This document shows, piece by piece, positions 12,932-21,849 of a DNA stretch of 64,000 nucleotides. Below the pieces are notes generated by a model. That model was not told the origin of the DNA and ran no database searches. It saw only the letters and a list, made by a program, of their open reading frames with translations. This stretch comes from Selaginella moellendorffii. Taxonomy: Eukaryota; Plantae; Lycopodiophyta. Every line of letters starts with the position of its first letter. Positions within the stretch are counted from its first letter, which is position 1. Location: assembly GCF_000143415.4 (NCBI RefSeq), contig NW_003314261.1, forward strand, positions 5,110,360-5,174,359. The letters run 5' to 3'. Made by a program: the position numbers and the translations under genes.

Positions 12932-13926
12932 TTAAGCAGCTGGCTTTTTCTTCTTCTCCGCACGGCACAAGCTCTTGTGGACAGAGGTCAGCCTCGCGAG
13001 CGCAGCTCTTTTCAGATCGGGCCTGTAGCCATTGTCTCCCACCTGGAAGAAAAAGAGAAAAAAATGACAAAATAGAACACGAAAGATATCACCGAGGAAC
13101 ACTTCAACCACTCGCGAGCAAAAGACAAGCAACGATGCAGAAGTTTTGTAGGGAGGAAAGTTTTAGAGAACACTTGATCAAAATCGAAGTGCCCTCCACG
13201 TTATGATCACCCGGCTTGAGTTTCTGCCTTGTTGACAAGGCTCGAGAGCACAGAGCTTCTCTAAAGCCAGAGGTAAGGCATTAAGAAAACAAGTATTCAC
13301 AGATATCCAAAACACGAAGCAAAATAGCAAGCATTCAACTAAGCAAACTAAGCAAGCATTCACAGAGATCCAAAACACGAAGCAAACTAGTATTCACAGA
13401 GGTCCAAAACACGACGCAAACTAGCAAGCATTCACAGAGGTCCAAAACACGAAGCAAAGCATTCACAGAGATCCAAAACACGAAGCAAACTAGCAAGCAT
13501 TCACGATCCAAAAGCCAAGAAAAAATGGATTTCGAGGTTACCTGATTGATGATGACTTTGGCCTTGTTCTTGAAGTTGGACTTGAGCAGCGAGCGGTTCA
13601 AGTAGGATGCGGGCTTGTTGCTCTTCTTCTTCTTGGTGGTGGTGAGAACGATGTCCATTTTCTCTCCAGCCGGGGCCACAGCGACGGTCTTCTTGTTAGC
13701 CAAGCCTGAAAAGAGAGAATGCGATCAATCCAGCAAGAGACGATTATCGGGATTTCTAAAAGAGCTGGAAACGATCTTTCTCACCTGAGTACTTGTAGGT
13801 GTTGAGATTGTAGAGATTGTTGGGCTCGCTGCTGAATTGCACCGAGGCGCTGCTGTTGCCATTCCGCTTCACCAAGAACTTGTTGCTGTTCTTGACGAGC
13901 AGCCAGATCAAGTCGGGAGACGCCAT
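12932..13926 (-). CDS. RPL28: 60S ribosomal protein L28 (eL28), 3 exons
   Basis: MASPDLIWLLVKNSNKFLVKR..FSSEPNNLYNLNTYKYSG / LANKKTV.. / YRPDLKRAALARL. Confidence 0.95.
13144..13282 (-). ncRNA. Candidate intronic box H/ACA snoRNA in RPL28 intron 2
   Basis: Two hairpins with internal pockets, ACA 15 nt after the second upper stem, about 140 nt long. H box is imperfect (AGAAAC). Confidence 0.5.
13290..13515. repeat. Intronic tandem minisatellite (~33-40 bp unit, about 6 copies)
   Basis: Repeated GCATTCACAGAG(A/G)TCCAAAACACGAAGCAAACTA units. Confidence 0.9.
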
Positions 13927-13957
13927 CGCGCTCGATCGATCGATCCGCCAAGCGCAA

Positions 13958-13984
13958 AAACCCTACCCGGCGGCTCAAACCCTA
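13958..13984. promoter_or_regulatory. Two telo-boxes in the RPL28/rhodanese divergent promoter
   Basis: AAACCCTA at 13958 and 13977; typical of plant ribosomal-protein promoters. Confidence 0.65.
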
Positions 13985-14030
13985 GACCTAGATCCCGGAG
14001 AATATACTGTTCGTCGGCGTTGACGTTTTA

Positions 14031-14743
14031 ATGGAGCTTTGCGCGCCATTGGCCCTTGCGTCCTTTGTAGCGGCGCCAAGAGCGCGCATTCTCTCAGGAA
14101 ATCTCCGATCGACACCGAAATTTAGGATCGCGATCGCGATGAGTGATCAGGGGCCGCGGGATGTCTCGCTCAAGCATGTGGAGGTCGATGCTGCTCGAGG
14201 GATGCTCCAGTCCGGATCGCATCGATATCTGGATGTCCGGTAAGCTCGATCTCGGAGATTTTCGGCTTCTCGAGTGATCCACAGCGCGATTCTTGATCTT
14301 AGAGCTCCCGAGGTCTTTGCAACTGGGAATGTCGCTGGCTCGCGTAATGTTCCTTACTATATCCCGGGCTCCGGTAAGTAGCGAGCTCCTTTTGCAAACT
14401 TCTTTCAAGATTTGTTTTCTTGCTCTTCCCAGATAAAGTCAAGAACACTAACTTCGAGCAAGAGGTTCTTTCTAACTTCGACAAAGAAGAAGGAATCATA
14501 GTGGTATGACTATCTGCCATCGGGTTTTTTTTTCTCCCTCTCATTGTTTACCCAAATTCAGGGATGTGGAACTGGAACTCGATCCGTTTTGGCTGCTGCC
14601 GATCTTCTTGCCGCAGTAAGACTCGATCTAAAGTTCTGAAACTCTACATTTGCTTTTAAATTTTTTCACAGGGATTCACGAATGTTTACAACATGGCTGG
14701 TGGATACCGCGCCATCAAGAACAAGCAGACAGACAACAAATAG
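14031..14743 (+). CDS. Single-domain rhodanese/sulfurtransferase, probably plastid-targeted
   Basis: HRYLDVR..PEVFATGNVAGSRNVPY..GCGTGTRSVLAAADLL..GFTNVYNMAGGY. Confidence 0.85.
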
Positions 14744-14815
14744 CTTCGCGCGATGGCAAAGACTCGAATAAGATTAAGCACAGAGAAACGAATAAATCCA
14801 GTGGGGTGTAGATCA

Positions 14816-15852
14816 TCATCCCTCGACTTGCATGCGATGCATACGCCGAGTTCTCTCTGGACAAAGCAATTCACGGTAAATAAGTTCCTCGCGAACTTTG
14901 ATCTCCAAGTACGTACCTGCGGCAATTCGCCTGTTTCCCATTCCTACAATCTCGCATTTGTAGTTCATGTAGAGCTGGTTTGTGGTCTTGGGAGTCTTCA
15001 TATGCTTGGGATTCCCGTCACACAGGCTGTTTGAGTAGATTCCAGTGAACTAATTTGTTTCTTCCAGGCACAAACTCTAAGCTTACCAGTTAGCCAAGTA
15101 GCTCGCGTTCCGGCAGTCCATGTTTTGGACGCCGACATGGCTTCGCATCACCTCAGGCTTTCGGTTTCTGGGAGCATTCGGGTAATATGGCATTAACTTC
15201 TTGCAGGATAAGTCACTAGCTTCGCCGATCTTTTGTATTTGTCCTTGGAAGAAAGAGTTTGTCCTGCAGAGGTTTACATATCGTTTCAACAAGTATGAGC
15301 GATGGAAGCCGAGACCTCACGTTTCATCCTGGAAGACGGGATGAAACGCGTAGGAGTTCGGTGCCTTGTAGCCAGTCTTGATCGTCTTGTGAGGGATCTG
15401 CGAACCAAATCGCAGGTGAGTGTTTTCCATTTTATCCTTTCATCTAGATCTCTCAAAGTCACTGAGATGTTGTTATACAGCATACAAATCTCCGGATCCA
15501 GGCATGCGAATAAGCTGGACAAGTGTTCCAGTCCGGCCTTCGTACTTGTTCTTCTTTGGGCCGTCGTCGTGGGGGCGAGAAACACTCTCCCGCTTGGGCA
15601 CTTGAGCTGCGTCATCGAGGACGAGGACAATCAGATCAAAAGCCAGGCGAAAAGGAAACGAACAGCGAGCGAGAATCGACATCGACACTCACGGGGGTGA
15701 TTTGCCAGGTACTCTTGATGCCTTCTCTCGGCCTCTTTCATCTCCGAGTGCTTCATCTCATGGAACTCCTTGTCCCACTCGCAGTGGCCCTCGTGCAAGC
15801 TGTGCGCGCATTTGTCATCGTGACGGTGATCTTTCTTCTTCCCCTTGGCCAT
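14816..15852 (-). CDS. Uncharacterised multi-exon protein
   Basis: Chain of coding-like segments bounded by splice-like signals, from MAKGKKKDHRHDD to ..RMQVEG*. No domain recognised and exon structure uncertain. Confidence 0.45.
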
Positions 15853-16108
15853 GGCGAGCGCAAAAACCTTTGATGGATCGATTCGAGGGCCAGGCAGCGC
15901 TAGAGAATGGAGTTCTTCATCACTGGGAAGGGGTTCGCGTGAAGGGGTCAAATAGGGAGGAAAAACGGTTACTACTTCACATGACCGGGACAGGTGACAG
16001 GGCTCTACAGTGACCGTTAGGTTTAGGGCTGACGAAGTTGGGCGCGGCAATCCTTGATCCCAGCGGATACACGCCCAGTTGGAGTACCAAAACCGGAGGG
16101 TCTATGCG

Positions 16109-17758
16109 ATGGAGCACGATGGCGAGACTCAGGATGATGGGGCGCCACGGCCCATTGTCCAAATCCAAATGTAAGCATTTCGTTCGGTCGTTCTTCCATG
16201 TTTTTTGTTCTTGGTTTTTTTCTCTCTCTCTCACTTGCTCGTCTTTTTTTCGCCAGGAAAGGCAAGGAGGCAATGTGCTGTGGCTTTTCCTACGATAGCA
16301 ACTGGTTAGCAGCTGGGAACGATACAGGAAGAATTGAGGTACTACTGCATCTGGAGTTTCCGAGCTAAAGCCATTCTTTTGATCTGCTGCCAGATCTATA
16401 GAGTCTCTGATGGAGGCCTGGCTTATGTTTTGGATCGAAAAGCCACACAAAAGTTCGCCTGCACGACAATGTCCTTCCGGCCGCCCTCGAGCTGCTTTAC
16501 CAGCAGGAACGTTCTCGTATCTTGTGGTAAGCGTTTTGATTGTCTCTCGGCGAGTGAGTGCTGGATATAATCTTTAGCATTTCCTTGTTGCAGACGTTGG
16601 TGGTCTTATTCACCACTGGCATGCAACATCCGGAAAGCACCTCGGCACCACCAAAGAGGCTAACAATCACATCAACGCGGTGGATTTCCAGCCGACCGGA
16701 GAGAAGTTCGCGACGGGTGGTAGCGATTTTCAGGTGAAGTCAGTGAATTCACGAAGCATTTCTTGTCAAACTTCCGTCTCGTATCTAGCATTACAGGTCC
16801 GAGTCTACGACGAAGCCACCAGGAAAATCGTGCATACGTTAAGTGATGGGTACGCTAAGCAGTTCTGAGCTTTGATCTTGCCCCTCGCTCAATCAAGCAT
16901 TCAGGGTCGTCGCACAGCGATGGGATCAAAGTTGTGGGCCACTCCAACCGTGTTTTCGCTGTTCGTTGGCATCCCGTCGATTCTCACATCATTTTGAGCG
17001 GAGGCTGGGACAACACTGTCCAGGTTCTTGCTTCACTACTTCACGCGTCATTCAATCTTACTGAGGTTTTCTTGGTGCCACCTAGATCTGGGATTTGCGC
17101 TGTGGTAGATCGGTGAGGAGCATCTTTGGACCAAAGCTGTGCGGGGAAGCTCTTGACGTGTCTGATAACAACAAGATCCTAACCGGCTCTTGGCGATCCA
17201 CCAAACAATTACAGGTCCGTTACTCTGGCACGCTTGTGTTTTTGGACGAGGGAATCTTTTTTCCTTCACAGGAATGGGACTTTGGAACTGGTGACCTGAT
17301 AAGAACTCTGGAGTGGATGAGCAACGAGGTACCATAGTAAAAATTCGTTTTTTGTGCAACTGAGCTCAAAAGTTCCCATCTCCAGCCGAGCCAAGTCTAC
17401 ACTGCTCAGTACGGGAAGGGCCTCTCTCACAAATACATCGTTGCTGGAGGGAGCAAACCAAACAGTGCTTGCGTTTTCCACAAAGACAGTGGCCAGGTAC
17501 TATAGCCTCGAGTTCTTCTTTCGAAGCTCATCACGGCCGATTCCTTTGCCAGGCACTCGCGGGAGTCTCCGGACTGGAGAAGGGTGAGAACGAAAACGAA
17601 TTCTCTTCAAATGAGGGATTAAGAAAACTTTGTTCTTCTTTTCCGCAGCTGTTTACTCGGTCGCCATCTCGGAGTCTGGATCTTACCTCGCGGTCACCAC
17701 GGCAGATAACGTCTATCTCTACGACATGATCGACCTCACGAGCTCCATTTATGGTTAG
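16109..17758 (+). CDS. WD40-repeat protein (multi-exon)
   Basis: AVDFQPTGEKFATGGSD..VRVYD, GHSNRVFAVRWHP..ILSGGWDNTVQ.WD, ILTGSWRSTKQLQEWD; TAG at 17756-17758. Confidence 0.85.
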
Positions 17759-18439
17759 AAGTAGATCCATTCGTTGCTATTTTGGAGAACTCTTATCTAA
17801 ACAGTGAATTTTATAGAAAATGGTGGGGAGGGGAATCGAACCGCGGCAGGGGGTCTGACGTGGCCGCCACGGGGGCATCGAGCGCGGCCGGACTAGGGTT
17901 ATGACATGGGTTCCTTCCATGATCTGCGAGCGCCGTGTCGGACGAAGGCTCTCTAGACCTACTATGGTATGACATCGCTCCCTTGTAAATCCCTTGTTTT
18001 TCCTTTTATTCCCTCGCATTTTTTAGATTTGTGGAGGGAGCGATGGAGGGAGAGTGCATTCCGGCCTCTAGCGGAGGATTTCTCCCTTGTTCCCTCTCAT
18101 GGCAGGATCTTGCAAGAATGCGGTAGCGCGAGGGATCTAGGCGGAGGATCGAGAGCGCAAGAATTTCCAGGTACGATCGATCGATCCCGCCTAGGTTGCT
18201 GGAATTTCGCCCGTGTGTTGTCTGGTTTGCTTGAGTCTGGATGAAATCCTTTCTGTTTGTGAAGATTTTCGCGCTTGCCTTGCGTTAGCTGGTTTCTTCT
18301 AGTCGATCCCGAGCAAAATTTTCTGGTGTGCTTGAGTGCTTGCCTCTGTAGAAGACTTTAATCAGTCAGTCATAGAACTTTCTTTGTTGGTGGATGGAGT
18401 TTCTTGATCGTTTTTCTTCGCAGATTAAATTATTTTCCA

Positions 18440-19876
18440 ATGGCCAAAGAGAGATCAAAAAGGAAACGCGATGGCGCAGCAGTGGTAGAAGGAGTAGCCG
18501 CCGCCGCCACCACCAACAACAACAACACGACCCCTCCTTACAATGGCTCGGACGTTCCAACTTGGCCCCGCTGGGCTCATCCACGCCCGGATAGTTTCTA
18601 CGGCGCTCCAGCTCCATACAACGCTTACGACTGGTCGCATTCATGGCCGTCACACATGAGAGGTGGCGGCGGCGGCGGCGGGGACTCCAACTTTCCTGGC
18701 GGCGACTTTGGCGGATTCCCAAGAGCTGGCTATGCATTCCCAGGCGCTGCAATGCAACCGGGACCGGGGCCAGTGCCACCCTCCGCTACACCACCTCCGG
18801 CCATCAACACTTCGCCACCTCGGGCATCGCCACCCTCGTCAGCTCTCCGCTCCGACTCCCAGAGCGATGGATCGTCCTTCTCGGACGGAGACACCCCGAC
18901 GCAGGAGGCAGACGAGGGGACGAAGCACAGGAGGAAGCGAAAGAGCTCCGAGAAGAAGAGCGCCGCCGACTCGACCAAGAGCAAGGATCCCAAAGGAAAG
19001 TCGGCCGGGGACGAGAACACCGCCAAGAACAAGCGCTACGGGATCGAGGAAGTCAAGGACCTGGTGAGGTTCCGGACGGAGTTACAAGCCAAGTTTGAGA
19101 CAATGTCGACGCACCTGGAGCTGTGGACGAGCATCGGCGAGAAGATGGGCGAGCGCGGGCATCCCAGGAGGCAGTGGGAGAGCTACCGGGACAAGTGGGA
19201 CATCGAGCTGCGTCGGTACCAAAAGGAGCTCAAGCTGCTGCTTTCACAGGCCGGACTGGCCGAGAACAAGGAGCTCGAGCACCCGGAACAGCTGGTCTTC
19301 TCGGACGAGACGCTCCAGGAGATCCACAGCCGGCTCAACTTGCGGCCCAAGGCGGCGCTGCGGTCGCGCTTCCAGAGCGGCGTCGGCGGCGCGAGGGGAT
19401 GCCTGGGCGACGAGGCCGCTGCTCGTGAAGTCGCCGGGAAGAGGATGAAGAAGTCCGCAAACAACCAGCTGCTCGTAGACTCCATCGTCGATAAGGTGGT
19501 AGAGAAGGTTGGGACTTTCGATGACACCGCCTCGGCACAGGGATTCAAGGAGGTGCTGGACGCCGTCGTCAACCTCACGAACGTGTTGCTGGCGGAGGCG
19601 AGCGCGCAGCCGACCGAGTTTGAGATCGACAACCAGGTGTTCAGCTGGCTCAAGAGCATCGGCAAGGACCAGTACGCGAGCTACTTCGCGGCGTCGCACG
19701 TAGACTGGACCAACTTGCTGCTGCTCGACAAGGATGATCTAATGGAGATGAAGATCCCGGTCGGGCCTCGCAAGTTCATCCTCAAGGAGCTGGAGAAGCT
19801 CAGGCCGGAGATCCACGGCAGTAGCGGCCAAGCCATGACCGTGATCCCAGGCCAAGAACCCGAAGGCGTTGTATAA
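18440..19876 (+). CDS. Harbinger ORF1-type trihelix/Myb-SANT DNA-binding protein with C-terminal SAM domain
   Basis: Trihelix RYGIEEVKDLVRFR..LWTSIGEKMGERGHPRRQWESYRDKWDIELRRY; SAM VFSWLKSIGKDQYASYF..VDWTNLLLLDKDDLMEMKIPVGPRKFILKEL. Single-exon CDS; probable 5'UTR intron 18171-18423. Confidence 0.85.
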   Translation: MAKERSKRKRDGAAVVEGVAAAATTNNNNTTPPYNGSDVPTWPRWAHPRPDSFYGAPAPYNAYDWSHSWPSHMRGGGGGGGDSNFPGGDFGGFPRAGYAFPGAAMQPGPGPVPPSATPPPAINTSPPRASPPSSALRSDSQSDGSSFSDGDTPTQEADEGTKHRRKRKSSEKKSAADSTKSKDPKGKSAGDENTAKNKRYGIEEVKDLVRFRTELQAKFETMSTHLELWTSIGEKMGERGHPRRQWESYRDKWDIELRRYQKELKLLLSQAGLAENKELEHPEQLVFSDETLQEIHSRLNLRPKAALRSRFQSGVGGARGCLGDEAAAREVAGKRMKKSANNQLLVDSIVDKVVEKVGTFDDTASAQGFKEVLDAVVNLTNVLLAEASAQPTEFEIDNQVFSWLKSIGKDQYASYFAASHVDWTNLLLLDKDDLMEMKIPVGPRKFILKELEKLRPEIHGSSGQAMTVIPGQEPEGVV

Positions 19877-19905
19877 CAGAGTAAACTCTTCTCCCCCAAC
19901 CTCAA

Positions 19906-21288
19906 TCAAGTCTTTTGCCGCTTCCTGGAGTATAACATCTCGGCGAGGCCGTCGCGGATCTCGCGAGCTCGCTGCATGTCCGCGGTGTGGTTGAATCCTG
20001 CCGGGAGTGGCAGCGGCTCCATGACTCTCGCCAGACGCGCGGCATCGGACGTCGCGGTGGCTGACTCCAGCTCTTGCAGACCCGCCGTGGCGATCATCAC
20101 CTCCGCCGCGGCTTGCTCCAGCGTGGGCTCTCTCCCGGACGAAGAAACACCTCGGGTCGACTCGAGAGCTTGGCGGGACTCTTCAATCCAGGCCGGGTCG
20201 GCGCTCTCGTTCTGCGAGAGCAGCATGTTGTGGAGCGTGCAGCACACCCCGATCATCTGGACGGTGGTGTCCAAGTCGCCCTCCATCTTCTTGAGCAGCA
20301 CCCGGAACCTCGACTTCAGTTGGCAGAAGGCCCGCTCGATGGAAGCTCTCGCAGAGGCGAGCGCTTGGTTGAAAGACTGCTGCTGGGGCGTAAGCTGGCC
20401 ACCACCCCGGTATGGACACATCAACCACGGCCTTGGAGGATTGAAAGCCGAGTCCCCGACGAGGTGGTATCTCTGCTGGTCGATGAGCCCCTCGCCGGCT
20501 CTCCTCGCGATCCTGGAGCTGGCCAGAGCTTGCGAATCGTGCAAGCTCCCGCAAAGCCCAGCGTCGATCTCGAGAAAAAACCCGTCTTGGTCGACTGCAG
20601 CCATGAGGATCATCGAGTGGAAGGACTTGTCGTTATAGTAATTCGAGCGATCGATGCTCGGGGTGGTGATGGGAATGTGGCTTCCATCCACCGCTCCGAT
20701 CACGCTGGGGAAGCCAGTCTCGAGCTCAAACTTTGCGGCAATGTCCCTGGCTCGGTCCCCGGTTGGCCACCCGATGTAAGCGTCGGTCCAGTGCTTGGCG
20801 ATGATCCCCAGCCCCTTGTGGACGATCTTGTTCACGGTGGACTGGTCGCAGAAGAAGATCTTGGCGATGGCGTGCTCGCGGCCGCCGTGGAGCAATCGCC
20901 AGAGGAGCATCGCGACGCGGCGGCGGAGGGAGATGACGCGCCAGTTGGGACCTGTTCTATTCCCCTCGAATCCACACGGCTGGAAGATCGTGAAGCACAG
21001 CCACTCGAAGGTCGCCTTGGTGCAGCGGAAATCCTTCCAGAACTGGCCATCGTCGTACTGCGGGAAGATCGTCGTGTCCCAGGTGTCGGTGTGGTGCATG
21101 AGCATGTCTCTCACCCAGGTGGATTTGGCCGGCGCGCCGTCGAGGATCCCCTGCTGGATCTCCGACACGATGCTCACGATCGCCGACTTGCGCCGCTCGA
21201 ATCGCCGCTTGCTCGCGTTGCGGCAGTAGATGAGCGCTCCCATGATGAGGGACATGGCGACTTGCTTGCGGTACCTCTGATCTTCCAT
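19906..21288 (-). CDS. PIF/Harbinger DDE transposase (HARBI1/ALP1 family, DDE_Tnp_4) with intact catalytic triad
   Basis: FRCTKATFEWL, HTH-like IAKIFFCDQSTVNKIV, IGAVDGSHIPI, YYNDKSFHS, GSLHDS, LVGDSAF, RASIERAFCQLKSRF, CCTLHN. Probable 5'UTR intron near 21492-21528. Confidence 0.93.
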   Translation of the reverse strand: MEDQRYRKQVAMSLIMGALIYCRNASKRRFERRKSAIVSIVSEIQQGILDGAPAKSTWVRDMLMHHTDTWDTTIFPQYDDGQFWKDFRCTKATFEWLCFTIFQPCGFEGNRTGPNWRVISLRRRVAMLLWRLLHGGREHAIAKIFFCDQSTVNKIVHKGLGIIAKHWTDAYIGWPTGDRARDIAAKFELETGFPSVIGAVDGSHIPITTPSIDRSNYYNDKSFHSMILMAAVDQDGFFLEIDAGLCGSLHDSQALASSRIARRAGEGLIDQQRYHLVGDSAFNPPRPWLMCPYRGGGQLTPQQQSFNQALASARASIERAFCQLKSRFRVLLKKMEGDLDTTVQMIGVCCTLHNMLLSQNESADPAWIEESRQALESTRGVSSSGREPTLEQAAAEVMIATAGLQELESATATSDAARLARVMEPLPLPAGFNHTADMQRAREIRDGLAEMLYSRKRQKT

Positions 21289-21849
21289 CGCAGCGTCGGG
21301 CGACCAAGAAATCCGAGACGATGCCCCTGGAATCCACGAAATCCGAGACCATGAGATCGAAATCGCATCCAGGCCAAGAAACGTGATCAAGACAGGGAAG
21401 AATCCCTGGATATGCGAGGGGCTCCAATCCAGATCCAAGAAATTTCCAAGAAATCCAAGAAGGGAAAGAGTTTAAGATCAAATTCCTCACTGTAACGACA
21501 ATGATCACAGAAACAACGAGACTTACTGTAATCTGGCGGCTAGCGGCTCAGCGGCTCATCCCCTCAGCGAAAGAACCCTAGCGTAACGGGCCCGTAGGCC
21601 GCCCACTTAGTAGTATAAATATCTAGGTCTATGGTCAGATCAAATTCCATGACCCACATTCTTTTTCTTCTTTGTTTCACTCTCGAGAATCTCGTGCGAG
21701 AAGGGGCGCTCGACGAGGCCGAGGCGCCACTGGGCGCTGGAAGCTCGAGGCGCTGCGAGGGAAATCTCTATCGAGCGATCGATATTTCGTAGGTTCTCTG
21801 CTCGATCGATCGATTTGTAGGTTCTTTGCGGCAGGACAATCCGAATTCC

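Larger units (their letters stand above)
17790..21610. mobile_element. PIF/Harbinger-derived two-gene module (element or domesticated locus); boundaries uncertain
   Basis: Myb-like ORF and DDE transposase tail-to-tail, GC/CpG-rich, between the WD40 and MATE genes. No TIR or TAA/TTA TSD found by eye. Confidence 0.6.

Noticed and set aside
13290-13515. CRISPR-like periodic repeats
   Set aside because: No unique spacers, eukaryotic intron, no cas genes; a minisatellite.
17821-17845. tRNA-like 3' end on the minus strand (GGTTCGATTCCCCTCCCCACCA)
   Set aside because: Only a B-box-like motif; no D arm, anticodon arm or acceptor pairing.
20074-21354. 426-aa antisense ORF and other long overlapping ORFs on the Harbinger genes
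   Set aside because: Expected shadow of GC3-rich coding on the opposite strand; no domain or convincing start.
17954-21637. TAGACCTA / TAGGTCTA as Harbinger TIRs
   Set aside because: Only 8 bp, does not extend, and no TAA/TTA TSD.
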